Of a DNA stretch of 58,241 bases, positions 34,335 to 44,279 are shown piece by piece. The translations under genes were made by a program, and so were the position numbers. This DNA is from Deltaproteobacteria bacterium (GTDB lineage: Bacteria > Desulfobacterota > Dissulfuribacteria > Dissulfuribacterales > QOAL01). The stretch covers positions 1 to 58,241 of the forward strand of contig JALXCD010000086.1 of NCBI GenBank assembly GCA_026991135.1, in the 5' to 3' direction. Every line of letters starts with the position of its first letter. Position 1 is the first letter of the stretch. Under the pieces are notes generated by a model. That model worked only from the letters and a program-made list of their open reading frames with translations. It was not told the origin of the DNA and ran no database searches.

Positions 34335-37300
34335 ATGGAAACCTATACTTATTCACGAGAAAGGGATGCATGTGCCATTATAGCCTTTGTGGATAAACGA
34401 GGGCACAGCACCCATGCCAATATTTCAAAGACCATTGAGGCCCTTCAAAAAATGGGGCACCGTTCAGGAGATATTGATGGCGAAGGTGATGGCTGCGGTA
34501 TCCTTTGTGATATACCAAGAAAGATCTGGGCAAAAAGGCTGGAAAGGGAAGGTTATAGCAGACATCTTTCAGAAAGTGGTGGATTTTTTGTAGGACATTT
34601 TCTTATGCCCTTTTCAATTGCCAAGGATGAAAAAAATATCAGGGAAAAGATACATGGCATATTCAGGGAAAATGGCGTTGAGGTAATCCTAGATATAAGA
34701 GGAAATACAAGAAATGAGGAACTCGGACCACGCGCTCTGGCAGAGGCCCCTTTTTTCTGGCAGGTTGCCGGAATGGCAGGTGGCGGGAACAAAAAGGACG
34801 CCCAGAAAAACCTTTTCATGATCCAGATGGAGATTGAAAAGGTCATTCCAGAAATCCATATTGCATCACTTAGTCTTGATTCAGTGGTTTATAAGCTTAG
34901 GGGAACACCAGATTTACTTCCACGGGTATTTCCTGAACTAATGGACGAGGACTTAACATCCATTATTACCCTTGGTCACAGCCGTTATTCCACCAATACT
35001 CTTCCTACAATGGAAAGGGCCCAGCCCTTTTCTGTCCTTTGCCACAATGGTGAGATAAATACCATTGAAAGGTTAAGAAGCACGGGAAGAATCCTGGGGA
35101 TTGAGCCGGTTCCAGGGGGGAGTGATTCCCAGGATCTTAATAGAATAATCGAGGGTCTTATAAATATGTATGGACTTGAGCCCATGGAGGCCCTTGAAAT
35201 GGTATTTCCTGCAATTCACAGCGAGGTTGAATATTATGAAGAGGACCTCAGGAAGGTCTTTGATTTCTATCGCTGGTTTTTCCCAAGCTCTGCCCAAGGT
35301 CCTGCGGCAGTAGTTGCAAGGTATGCAAATATTTGTATGGGAAGTGTCGATGCCTTGGGTTTGAGGCCCTTGTGGTTCGGGGAAAGTGACTATGAATATT
35401 TTCTTTCCTCTGAAAAGGGCGTTGTTGACATAAAAAATACCATGACAGACCCTGTCCCTTTGGCACCAGGAGAAAAGATTGCAATAGAGGCAAACATTGG
35501 TCAAAAGGCAAAGGTTTACAGACACACTGAATTTCAGGGTCGAATTAAGGAGTTCATGTTTAGAAGAAAGGGCAAACTCGAGGCTCTAAAGGGCCTTTCC
35601 AGGTCAGATGCAGTTAAGGCTGTATCCAAGGTTTCATTAAAGGATTTGATAAAAAGGACGGATAAAAATGAGGAGTTAAACCAGACAAATCTTCTGGGTG
35701 CCTTTGGGTGGCAAAAATATGATCTTGATTTGAGAAAAAGGGTTGCCATCGAAGGAGCTGATATTATTGGTTCAATGGGCCATACCGGTCCTTTAGCATG
35801 TCTTATGCCAGAGGCCCTTCCAAACTGTTCAGAGTTTTTCAAGGAAAATGTTGCTGTAGTTACAAACCCTGCAATCGACAGGGAAAGGGAGGCAGAACAT
35901 TTCACCACAAGGGTTATTCTTGGGAACAAGCCCTGTCTTTTGGTTGATACAGAAAAAACACCAGTGGGCCTAGAGCTTCTGTGTCCACTCCTTCTCGATT
36001 ATGAAGGCCTTTCTGAAAGTATATCAAAAGAGGACCTAAACGAGCTTGCAAGAAAACACGGTTCAGTAGTTCTTGAAGATATCATCTCTTATTTTTCTGC
36101 AGATGGTCTTATGCCAGAACGGGTCAAGGTCCTTAACTGCCTTTTCGACCCGAAAAAGGGTTTAAAGGAAAGGCTTGATTCCATCTGCGAAGAGGCCATA
36201 GATGCAGTTAACTCCGGTGCGATCTTACTCGTACTTGATGATAGCAATGCCTTTTTTGAAGACGAATCCTATATCGATCCGGCCTTAATGGTTGCTTATC
36301 TCAACCAGAAGCTTGAGGAGAAAAACCTTAGAAGAAGGTGCAGCATAATTGTTCGTTCAGGTGCAATAAGAAATCTTCATGACATCATGTTTCTTTTGGG
36401 CATGGGGGCAGATGCCCTTAATCCCTATAAGCTTTGGGAAACAGTTATAGGTTTTACTACAGACAAGGTGGATGAGAAAAAGGCCATTTCCAATACCATT
36501 GATGTATTTCAAAAGGGAATGGAAAAGGTCATGTCCACCATGGGCATTCATGAGCTTTGTGGCTATGGAAGGATATTTGCCGGTCTGGCAGTAACAGAAG
36601 AATTTGAAAAGATATTTAAGGTTGACTGTTTTTATAAGTCAAAGGATATCGGCCTTGGATTTAAGCTCTTGGAAGATATTGCTAAGGAACGGATAAAAAG
36701 GGCAAAATCAAAAGAAGAAATACCCATTTATTCAGAACCAAATAGAAACGCCAAGGTGGGACGGATACTTAGACAGACTGCAGAGGGCAAAAAGGGATAT
36801 TTTGAGATGGCCAAGGGTCTTTCAAAGTTAGATGAAGAGCTTCCAGTTGGGGCAAGGCATGTTATCAGGCCAAAGCTTGTTCCTGAGGAAGAGCGGCTTA
36901 CCATGGATCAGGTAGATATATCTATAGGTCATCATGACATGCCAATTGTCATCGCAGCCATGAGCTTTGGCTCCCAGGGAGAAAACTCCTTTAGAAGCTA
37001 TGCCGAGGCAGCTAAAAAGGCCAATATTATTTGCATGAATGGGGAAGGCGGAGAGATCCCGGACATGCTCGGAAAATACAGGAAAAACAGGGGCCAGCAG
37101 ATAGCTTCAGGGCGCTTTGGCGTTTATATGGAACTGCTGAATTCCGCCGATTACCTTGAGATTAAGATCGGCCAGGGGGCAAAGCCGGGTGAAGGCGGAC
37201 ATCTGCCAGGCCAGAAGGTCTCAGAACAGGTGGCACGGGCCAGACACTGTAAGCCTGGAATTACCCTTATTTCCCCGTCTAACCAACATGATATTTATTC

Positions 37301-38891
37301 CATTGAAGACCTTGCCCAGATAATTACAGAGCTTAAGACTGCCAATCCCTACGCCAAGGTCTCGGTAAAGATTCCTGTTACGAGTGGCGTTGGAACCATT
37401 GCCGTAGGTATAGCAAAGGCAGGGGCAGATATTGTTGACTTAAGCGGTTTTGAAGGTGGAACTGGTGCAGCAAGGGAACATGCAAAGCGTTATGTGGGAG
37501 TTCCCATAGAAGTAGGTGTTTCAGAGGCCCACAGGGCACTATGTGAGTCCAATCTGCGTGATAAGGTAGAGATCTGGGCAGATGGGGGTCTAAGAAGCGG
37601 AGCTGATATTGTTAAAATGATATTACTTGGTGCCAATAGGGTAAGCCTTGGAACCGTAGCACTTATGGGAGTTGGCTGTATTAGCTGCCACAGATGTCAC
37701 CTGGACCGTTGTCCAAGGGGAATATCCACCCAGCTTCAGACCAAAGAGCAGGCAGAAGCCCGTGGTGTTAAGGGATTTTCACCAAGGAAGGTGGATATTG
37801 AGGCGGAAAACCTTGCAAGGCTCCTTCGGGCCCTTGGTGATGAGGTGAGGATGATTCTTGCCGATATGGGTCAAAAAAACCTTCAGGAGCTTGTTGGAAG
37901 AACCGATCTTCTTGAACAATATAGATTCTTTGAACAGATAGATGTGACATCTATCTTGAAAAAGCCGGATCTATCCATGATTCCTGAAAACCTTGATCAG
38001 GAAAGAAGCATTAGGCTTCCTCTTAACTACCTTACAAAGCTTATAAGTGACCTTGTGATAGAGCAATTTGAACAGGGCAAAAAGGTAGTGCACTTTAAGG
38101 AGCAGGGTGTAAAGAGCACAGACAGGGGCATGTCAACCTATCTTTGTGGTGAGATAGTAAGACGATATGGCATAGGCACTGATAAAAAGGCCATGTTGAG
38201 ATTGACTTCCTCGGTCCCAGGAAATGGACTTTGTGCCTTTAACATCACCGCCGTTGATACCTGTGTAACAGGTGGTGCTCAGGATGGCACAGTAAAGGGC
38301 AGTTACGGTGGTGTGGTCGGTATATTTAAAGGTTTAAACTATCTAGGAAAAAGGGTTGATGGCTCCACTGGAAAGAGTTTTGCCTATGGGGCCATAAAGG
38401 GCACCTTTTTGATACAGAACATGGCTGATTCCCGTGCGTGCATTCGTTTTTCAGGTGCAGATGTGGTCTTTGGAAGGCGAATCACAGAGCCAGTGGATGA
38501 CTCAAATGGGAATATAGCCCACAGGGCCTTTTTAAAGGGATTCGCCTTTGAGTATATGACAGGGGGAAGGGCAGTAGTCCTTGGTGATCCAGGTCCTTGG
38601 ATGTGTGCTGGAATGACAGGAGGTGTAATTTATCAATGCCTTTACCCTGAATATAACTTCACAGTGGATTCCATTAAAAGGCGTCTTGCACGTGGGGCTA
38701 TAGTAAAAATTGAAAAGTTGACAAAAGAAGGTCTTAAAGACATTGAAGAGCTTTTAAGCCTTTATATCAAGGAACTCAGGGCAACCTTTCAGGAGGAAGA
38801 GGCCAAAGAGGTCGAAAGGATACTTGATGAGGCAGGGGATCGTTTCATAATGATAGTTCCCAAAAGTTTTAGGCCCAAGTCTGCCGGATAA
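34335..38891 (+). CDS. gltB: Glutamate synthase large subunit (class II amidotransferase-central-FMN-GXGXG domains), stand-alone
   Basis: ORF track starts at GTG 34197. The ATG at 34335 follows AAGGAG. Amidotransferase Cys in RDACAIIAF. 3Fe-4S motif CHRCHLDRCP (C-x5-C-x4-C counted from CISCHRC), FMN-domain motifs (GEGGE, IKIGQGAKPGEGGHLPG) and a C-terminal GXGXG beta-helix domain. About 1518 aa. Confidence 0.9.
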   Translation: METYTYSRERDACAIIAFVDKRGHSTHANISKTIEALQKMGHRSGDIDGEGDGCGILCDIPRKIWAKRLEREGYSRHLSESGGFFVGHFLMPFSIAKDEKNIREKIHGIFRENGVEVILDIRGNTRNEELGPRALAEAPFFWQVAGMAGGGNKKDAQKNLFMIQMEIEKVIPEIHIASLSLDSVVYKLRGTPDLLPRVFPELMDEDLTSIITLGHSRYSTNTLPTMERAQPFSVLCHNGEINTIERLRSTGRILGIEPVPGGSDSQDLNRIIEGLINMYGLEPMEALEMVFPAIHSEVEYYEEDLRKVFDFYRWFFPSSAQGPAAVVARYANICMGSVDALGLRPLWFGESDYEYFLSSEKGVVDIKNTMTDPVPLAPGEKIAIEANIGQKAKVYRHTEFQGRIKEFMFRRKGKLEALKGLSRSDAVKAVSKVSLKDLIKRTDKNEELNQTNLLGAFGWQKYDLDLRKRVAIEGADIIGSMGHTGPLACLMPEALPNCSEFFKENVAVVTNPAIDREREAEHFTTRVILGNKPCLLVDTEKTPVGLELLCPLLLDYEGLSESISKEDLNELARKHGSVVLEDIISYFSADGLMPERVKVLNCLFDPKKGLKERLDSICEEAIDAVNSGAILLVLDDSNAFFEDESYIDPALMVAYLNQKLEEKNLRRRCSIIVRSGAIRNLHDIMFLLGMGADALNPYKLWETVIGFTTDKVDEKKAISNTIDVFQKGMEKVMSTMGIHELCGYGRIFAGLAVTEEFEKIFKVDCFYKSKDIGLGFKLLEDIAKERIKRAKSKEEIPIYSEPNRNAKVGRILRQTAEGKKGYFEMAKGLSKLDEELPVGARHVIRPKLVPEEERLTMDQVDISIGHHDMPIVIAAMSFGSQGENSFRSYAEAAKKANIICMNGEGGEIPDMLGKYRKNRGQQIASGRFGVYMELLNSADYLEIKIGQGAKPGEGGHLPGQKVSEQVARARHCKPGITLISPSNQHDIYSIEDLAQIITELKTANPYAKVSVKIPVTSGVGTIAVGIAKAGADIVDLSGFEGGTGAAREHAKRYVGVPIEVGVSEAHRALCESNLRDKVEIWADGGLRSGADIVKMILLGANRVSLGTVALMGVGCISCHRCHLDRCPRGISTQLQTKEQAEARGVKGFSPRKVDIEAENLARLLRALGDEVRMILADMGQKNLQELVGRTDLLEQYRFFEQIDVTSILKKPDLSMIPENLDQERSIRLPLNYLTKLISDLVIEQFEQGKKVVHFKEQGVKSTDRGMSTYLCGEIVRRYGIGTDKKAMLRLTSSVPGNGLCAFNITAVDTCVTGGAQDGTVKGSYGGVVGIFKGLNYLGKRVDGSTGKSFAYGAIKGTFLIQNMADSRACIRFSGADVVFGRRITEPVDDSNGNIAHRAFLKGFAFEYMTGGRAVVLGDPGPWMCAGMTGGVIYQCLYPEYNFTVDSIKRRLARGAIVKIEKLTKEGLKDIEELLSLYIKELRATFQEEEAKEVERILDEAGDRFIMIVPKSFRPKSAG

Positions 38892-38894
38892 TAA

Positions 38895-38930
38895 ATAAAA
38901 AAGGCGGGTTTTTTTACCCGCCTTTTTTAT
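38895..38930. terminator. Bidirectional intrinsic terminator shared by convergent gltB and rpoD
   Basis: GGCGGGT (38903-38909) pairs with ACCCGCC (38916-38922), flanked by an A-run upstream and a T-run downstream. Confidence 0.75.
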
Positions 38931-38949
38931 TTTTACTTGAGGTGATGAA

Positions 38950-40332
38950 TTAGTCCAGAAAATGTTTTAGTTTTTCCCTTCTACTTGAATGTCTGAGTCT
39001 ATTAAGGGCCTTTTTTTCAATCTGCCTGATTCTTTCCCTCGAAACATTGAATCTTTTTCCAATCTCCTCAAGGGTATATTCAGAATCCTCTCCAATTCCA
39101 AACCTTAGCCTAATAATCTTTTCTTCCCTTGGGCTTAGAGTTGCAAGAATGCTTTTGATCCTTTCGGTAAGTTCCTTTTCGCGGACACTTTCATAGGGAG
39201 AGACGGCATCCTTATTTTCTATAAAATCTCCAAGGGTGCTGTCTTCATCTCCCACTGGTGTTTCAAGGGAAACAGGCTCCCTTGAGGCCTCTAGAATTGA
39301 AAGGATCTTTTCCATGGGAAGCCCTGTTCGTTCTGATATCTCAGCAGGAGTGGGCTCCCTTCCAAGCTCCTTAAGCATTGCATAAAAGGCCTTAAAAAAC
39401 TGACTTCGTAACTCCAAAAAGTGAACTGGAAGCCTGATTGTCCTTGTCTTATCAAGAATGGCTCTAGTAATTGCCTGCCTTATCCACCAGCTTGCATAAG
39501 TAGAAAACTTATTCCCTTTTGTATAATCAAAACGAAAGACTGCACGCATAAGGCCAAGGTTTCCTTCCTGGATGAGATCTGCCAGGGAAAGGCCTTGATG
39601 CATGTACCTTTTGGCAATGCTTACCACAAGCCTTAAATTGGCGTTTATCATTTCGTCCTTGGCCCTTTCAACCTTCTTTTGTTGGACCTTAACAAATTCA
39701 CAGAGTTCTTTTATGGATTCGTCTTCCGGATGTGCTTCACTAATACTGGTTACAGTTTCAGAAAGATAATTTAGATGTTGTTTTTTGGGCTTAAGGGATG
39801 GGTCCCTGCGCTTCCATACCCTTATTTGTTCCCGCAATGCCTCCATTTCAGGAAGGGTTGAAGGATGTTTCATAATAGAGGCAATAATGCTATTAAAGCC
39901 TGTGCGAATTATTTTGCTTAGCTCTTCTTCCTTTTCAGGAGTAAGGAGCTCATAGCGCCCCATTTCTCTTAAATAGGTGGTAGTAATCTCTTCAGAATCG
40001 GAGTATTCACCCGAATCTATCACCACCTGTTTTGTTTCTTCTTTTTGTTCAGGGACTTTGGTGGCCTTTGTAATTTCTTCTTCTGCTTCCTGGGGCTGAA
40101 TTTGGGTTTTTAATGTAATTGTCTCTTCAACAGAGCCGCCTATTACATCAATATTATTTTGGCTTAGAATATCAAATATTTCTTCAAGTTTTTCTGGGTC
40201 TTTGATGTCGTCGGGGATTATTTCGTTCAGGGTTTCGTAAGATAAAGAACCTCCATGACCAGCTTCAAGAAGCTGATCCATGTATGCCATTGATTCATCA
40301 GTAGTATTTTTTCTAGAAGTTTTTGGAGACAT
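38950..40332 (-). CDS. rpoD: Primary RNA polymerase sigma factor RpoD (sigma-70)
   Basis: ORF trimmed to the ATG at 40332, which has a GAGGT RBS. Region 2 NLRLVVSIAKRY...YASWWIRQAITRA, region 3, and region 4.2 TLEEIGKRFNVSRERIRQIEKKAL. Acidic N-terminal region 1. Confidence 0.92.
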   Translation of the reverse strand: MSPKTSRKNTTDESMAYMDQLLEAGHGGSLSYETLNEIIPDDIKDPEKLEEIFDILSQNNIDVIGGSVEETITLKTQIQPQEAEEEITKATKVPEQKEETKQVVIDSGEYSDSEEITTTYLREMGRYELLTPEKEEELSKIIRTGFNSIIASIMKHPSTLPEMEALREQIRVWKRRDPSLKPKKQHLNYLSETVTSISEAHPEDESIKELCEFVKVQQKKVERAKDEMINANLRLVVSIAKRYMHQGLSLADLIQEGNLGLMRAVFRFDYTKGNKFSTYASWWIRQAITRAILDKTRTIRLPVHFLELRSQFFKAFYAMLKELGREPTPAEISERTGLPMEKILSILEASREPVSLETPVGDEDSTLGDFIENKDAVSPYESVREKELTERIKSILATLSPREEKIIRLRFGIGEDSEYTLEEIGKRFNVSRERIRQIEKKALNRLRHSSRREKLKHFLD

Positions 40333-40393
40333 ATGAGTTAAACCTCTATTGAAGTTTATGGAAGTCTTTTTCAGATTGCAGCGAAAACACAAA

Positions 40394-40422
40394 ATTATAA
40401 AAAAATTTTTCTATGGTTGCAA
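40394..40422 (-). promoter_or_regulatory. Putative sigma-70 promoter of rpoD
   Basis: On the minus strand: TTGCAA (40422-40417), 17-nt spacer, TATAAT (40399-40394), about 60 nt upstream of the rpoD ATG. Sequence match only. Confidence 0.35.
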
Positions 40423-40531
40423 GTAAAAATAATTTATCCCTGTTTTTGCTCAAAAAATAGACATCTTTTTGAAATAGGCAAGTATTTTTTATTAAGTAGG
40501 TATTTTTTTGTTCAATTGTTGGGCTATTTTC

Positions 40532-40559
40532 TTGACATATCGCATACATTTTTTATTAT
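40532..40559 (+). promoter_or_regulatory. Putative sigma-70 promoter of rpsU
   Basis: TTGACA (40532-40537), 16-nt spacer, TATTAT (40554-40559), about 30 nt upstream of the rpsU start. Sequence match only. Confidence 0.35.
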
Positions 40560-40591
40560 TTGCTGATTCCAATTAGAAAGGGGGGATACCC

Positions 40592-40789
40592 TTGGCCATA
40601 GTTGTTGAAGTCCAGGATAACCTGGAAAAGGCGCTAAAGCTGCTTAAGAAAAAGATGCAGCTTGATGGTCTTCAGCGTGAGCTTAAAAACAGACGCTTTT
40701 ATGAAAAACCAAGTGTAAAGAGGCGTCGCAAGGCTCAAGAGGCTGAAAGAAGGCGCAGAAAGGCCAGTCGTAGGCGTAAAAGATATTAA
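40592..40789 (+). CDS. rpsU: 30S ribosomal protein S21
   Basis: 65 aa with a TTG start after [43 protein letters not shown] followed by an Arg/Lys-rich tail typical of bS21. Confidence 0.9.
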   Translation: MAIVVEVQDNLEKALKLLKKKMQLDGLQRELKNRRFYEKPSVKRRRKAQEAERRRRKASRRRKRY

Positions 40790-40803
40790 AAATTTTAATT
40801 AAA

Positions 40804-40830
40804 CTAAAAAAGGGGCTGTTGCCCCTTTTT
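40804..40830. terminator. Bidirectional intrinsic terminator between rpsU and the convergent mcp gene
   Basis: GGGGC (40811-40815), loop TGTT, GCCCC (40820-40824). A-run before and TTTTTT after. Confidence 0.7.
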
Positions 40831-40836
40831 TGATCT

Positions 40837-43155
40837 TTATCCTGCCTTTTTTAAAGAGGTAGCTGATTTAGATAGTCCCCTAACAAGATCAAGCAATTCT
40901 GAGATATTTGCCTGAATCTTTTCTTTAAAAAATTCCAGTCTAGTCTTTCTGTCTGCGCCTTTTATGCTTAGTTCTTTAAGCTCTTCAGCATCTTTATGAA
41001 GTTTTACATGAATTTCGCTTATCCTTGACATTACATCAGAAGGAAAGGTTGGATCAGACATATACTTATTTAGCCATCTTCCCATGAAACACTTTCCTGG
41101 ATTAAGTTCAACATCTGGAACTGAGTCATTCATTATGGCTATTCTCAGGTTTTCTAGCCAGGTAAAGTGCGCAAGAAGTGCCCCGGTTAGTGCAGCCTTA
41201 GGCATAGTGTAATTGGATGCAGCCTTTAGGACATCAATTTTACAGTTATAAAGCGAGGATATTTCATTTAATTGAGTGGACAGAGATTCAATAATTCCAA
41301 CAGTCATATCAATTGTATGTGCTATGGCTGAAAAATCAGAAGCCTGATCTGAAAGCTTATGTGCCTGACTTTCAAGTCCTTTTACTTTTTCTGCTCCTTC
41401 AGAAACAGCCTGGTTTATCTCTGAAACCGTTGCAGTCTGCTCTTCTGCTGCACTTGCAATGGTATTTGTAAAATCATTTACTTGAGAAACGGTCTGGGTA
41501 ATTTCCTCTACTGATTCAACAGCATTTTTGGTACCAGACTGGATTACCTGTATCATCTTAGTTATCTCTTCGGTGGCTTCAGCAGTTTGTTTGGCAAGCT
41601 CTTTGACTTCATTGGCCACGACTGCAAAACCCTTTCCTGCCTCTCCGGCCCTTGCTGCTTCAATGGTTGCATTAAGGGCAAGAAGGTTTGTCTGCTCTGC
41701 AATTGAATTTATGACCTGGATGATCCCTCCAATTTTTTCTGAGTTTTTACCTAGTTCTTGGATAACCTCATTTGTATATTGAGCCTTTTCTTGAGCTTCA
41801 TTAGTTGCCCTTGCCGACTCTGCAACATTTTGGGCTATTTCATTAGTGGCCTCAGTCAGTTCTTGTATGGCATTTGCCACATTTTCAAGGGTTGAAGCGG
41901 CATCTGAAGAGGCATTTGCAACCCGTTCTGCCGCAGTATCAATATCATTTGCACCTTCTGTAACAATTTCATTAACTGTTTTTAATTCATTAACAGTGCT
42001 CTTTGCACCAATAGCCTGTTTTTTTAACAGATTAATAAGGTGACCTGTCGTATAGACAATATTATTGGTTCTTCTGCCAAGTTGCCTTATCTCCTTTGCC
42101 CCTTCTGGTTTGAGCCATTTGGTGAAATCTCCGTGGGTGACATCGGCAAATATTTCCAGTATTCTTTCAAAAGGTTTTTTAATGTTTATTCTAAGTCCAA
42201 TATAGGCAAAGATAATTGCCAATATGCAGGCAATTATTGCTATTATGGCGTGCTCCATCAATTGCTTATTTATCTGTGCATTAAGTCCGGTCAAATCTAA
42301 ATACTGGACATAAACACCGGTTGGTCTGTTTTTATAATCATTAAGTTTTAAGCCAATGGCAAGAAAGTTATCGAGATTTTTAAATGCATGACCTTCTCTT
42401 AAGGCTTTTTCCAAGAAATCTTCATTAATTGCATTTTCAAGTCCAGCAGGTGTTGGAGTAAGAATAGTAAATTTTCCAATTCGATTTCTTTCAAGCCCGG
42501 CTGTAGCCTTTACAGTTTGGAGGCCAAAAAGCTGAATCTTTCCGTTTATATCGTTTTGTGCAATTTTTGCCACTTCAGAAAGGCTAGTTATTGCCTCTAC
42601 ACTTGCAATTGGTCTTGTGTGACCTTCAACAAATATTGGAGCAACTCCCCTGATAGCTATACCAACTCTGCCAGCTTCAATTCCTTTTACAGGCATTCCA
42701 TTTGTCAAGACATCTACTACGGTCCTTCTAAATCCTGATATATCATCGCCAAATTTTTTTGGCTTCCAGACCCTTAAAAAGGATTTTCCTGGAGGAACAT
42801 GAAAGTGTATCTTGAGTCTAAATCTATTTTTGGAGTTGATGGATTTAACCATTGGTTCCACAATCTCGTAAAGCTTTTCTCTATCGCCATTTTGGATTAC
42901 CTCTTTTACCCTTGGCATATCTGCAAAAAGGGAGGCAACTACTAGATTTTGAGAGGCGATTATATCAATCTCTTCAAGAAGATTTTCTGCATTTTTTAAG
43001 GCGGACATTTTAATCTCTTTTATCTGTTCATTGGCAGATATCTTGACCTGAACCATTTGGAGACCAACTAAAAAGATAATGATGATGCTTACTCCAATAA
43101 GTATCCTTGTTAAAAGGGATGTCTTTGAATAGAGATTGAGAATGCCTTTAAACAT
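40837..43155 (-). CDS. Methyl-accepting chemotaxis protein with periplasmic Cache-type sensor, HAMP, MCP signalling domain and C-terminal CZB (chemoreceptor zinc-binding) domain
   Basis: The ATG at 43155 sits 7 nt after AAGGAG (ORF track starts at GTG 43161). Cache_3/Cache_2-like motif [30 protein letters not shown]. Hairpin tip [35 protein letters not shown] pattern HFTW-x22-CFMGRW-x21-HVKLH. Confidence 0.9.
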   Translation of the reverse strand: MFKGILNLYSKTSLLTRILIGVSIIIIFLVGLQMVQVKISANEQIKEIKMSALKNAENLLEEIDIIASQNLVVASLFADMPRVKEVIQNGDREKLYEIVEPMVKSINSKNRFRLKIHFHVPPGKSFLRVWKPKKFGDDISGFRRTVVDVLTNGMPVKGIEAGRVGIAIRGVAPIFVEGHTRPIASVEAITSLSEVAKIAQNDINGKIQLFGLQTVKATAGLERNRIGKFTILTPTPAGLENAINEDFLEKALREGHAFKNLDNFLAIGLKLNDYKNRPTGVYVQYLDLTGLNAQINKQLMEHAIIAIIACILAIIFAYIGLRINIKKPFERILEIFADVTHGDFTKWLKPEGAKEIRQLGRRTNNIVYTTGHLINLLKKQAIGAKSTVNELKTVNEIVTEGANDIDTAAERVANASSDAASTLENVANAIQELTEATNEIAQNVAESARATNEAQEKAQYTNEVIQELGKNSEKIGGIIQVINSIAEQTNLLALNATIEAARAGEAGKGFAVVANEVKELAKQTAEATEEITKMIQVIQSGTKNAVESVEEITQTVSQVNDFTNTIASAAEEQTATVSEINQAVSEGAEKVKGLESQAHKLSDQASDFSAIAHTIDMTVGIIESLSTQLNEISSLYNCKIDVLKAASNYTMPKAALTGALLAHFTWLENLRIAIMNDSVPDVELNPGKCFMGRWLNKYMSDPTFPSDVMSRISEIHVKLHKDAEELKELSIKGADRKTRLEFFKEKIQANISELLDLVRGLSKSATSLKKAG

Positions 43156-43221
43156 AACCACACTCCTTTAAATTTTGATAATTGTCTTCTTTGTTTTAAA
43201 TCGGAATTATCAGTACTTTTC

Positions 43222-44259
43222 TTAAGTGTCTTTTAGTGTATCTGGTCCAGGTAATGCCCTTTTTGAAATATCTTCACATGGCCAAAGCCTTTTAAGGAGT
43301 TCGATTAATTCAAGGGCCTTTGTAGGACATGGCCCTTTTGGAGTAAGAATGTTTATTCTTAAAAGCATGTCTCCCCTTTTTCCATTTTCATCTATCCATC
43401 CGTGTCCTTTTATTCTAAGAAAGCGTTCCCTTTTAATGCCTGGTGTCAAAAATATTTTTTTGGGGCCATCTATTGTATCAACTTGTATGTATCCACCTCC
43501 TATATGAGTCCAACAATCAATATCTATTGTGGAGATTATATCCTTTCCATGTATTATCCAGTCCTTTGGATTTTGGACTTCTATTTCAAGAAAAAGGGTT
43601 GTCCTTGATTTTTTTTCAGGATCAAAAGGTCCTTCTCCAGGAAATTTTAGGATGGATCCATCTTTTGTGCCTGGTGGGATTGTAACCTTTACTTTTCTTA
43701 TAAGGCTAATGAAGCCTTTTCCTTTGCATTTTGGACAAGTAAGAAGTCTTTCATAGCCCTTTCCACTGCAATATTTGCAAATTATCTTTAATTCTTTATT
43801 GCCCCAAGGAAGTATTCTATATCCTTTCCCAAGGCATTTTTGACAAAGCCCTTGATTTTTTTCTGGGATAGAACCAAGTCCCTGGCATGAAGGGCAAAAG
43901 TTATCGCCTTCATTTATCTCAATTGTAATTTTGGTACCTTTTAGTGCCTTTTCTATTGGTATTTGCACAAAAGAAAAGGCGCCTTCAGGAAAATTAGTTT
44001 TTTTAAAGGACTCTTTATTTGAAAAAAAACTTTTGGAAAGGTTTAGATTATTAGAAGGACCTTTTCTCTTTACTTTTTCTTTTAAAAGGATGTAGGCATC
44101 CTTTATGGCCAAAAAACGTTTGATATTGGCCATATTTTTCCCACAAATATCAGGATGCCATTTTCTAACAAGCCTTCTGTAGGCCTTTTTTATTTCATCA
44201 AGGCTTGCCTCAGGAGTTACTCCCAGAATATCATAGGGATCTTTTTCAAAATATGTCAT
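43222..44259 (-). CDS. DnaJ-like co-chaperone paralogue (J domain, four CxxCxGxG zinc-finger repeats, C-terminal substrate-binding domains, no G/F-rich region)
   Basis: 345 aa. J domain DPYDILGV...KKAYRRLVRKWHPD with the HPD motif. CPSCQGLG, CQKCLGKG, CKYCSGKG and CPKCKGKG. Lies between cheW and mcp on the same strand with 20-nt and 66-nt gaps (the latter to the mcp ATG at 43155). Confidence 0.85.
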   Translation of the reverse strand: MTYFEKDPYDILGVTPEASLDEIKKAYRRLVRKWHPDICGKNMANIKRFLAIKDAYILLKEKVKRKGPSNNLNLSKSFFSNKESFKKTNFPEGAFSFVQIPIEKALKGTKITIEINEGDNFCPSCQGLGSIPEKNQGLCQKCLGKGYRILPWGNKELKIICKYCSGKGYERLLTCPKCKGKGFISLIRKVKVTIPPGTKDGSILKFPGEGPFDPEKKSRTTLFLEIEVQNPKDWIIHGKDIISTIDIDCWTHIGGGYIQVDTIDGPKKIFLTPGIKRERFLRIKGHGWIDENGKRGDMLLRINILTPKGPCPTKALELIELLKRLWPCEDISKRALPGPDTLKDT

Positions 44260-44279
44260 GGACAGGAACTAAGTTTAAG

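Noticed and set aside
35073-35525. Long antisense or shadow ORFs inside confident genes. Examples: 35073-35525, 35534-35929, 9093-9485, 5786-6172, 22477-22890, 28366-28749, 47728-48114, 48350-48691, 54232-54606.
   Set aside because: They lie entirely within, and opposite to or out of frame with, genes that have strong family motifs. Their translations are low-complexity or Cys/Arg-rich with no motifs or RBS, so they are treated as non-coding.
39480-39488. A DnaA-box-like TTATCCACC.
   Set aside because: It is a single copy with one mismatch inside the rpoD coding sequence. There is no cluster, no AT-rich unwinding element, and no dnaA or dnaN nearby, so this is not an origin.
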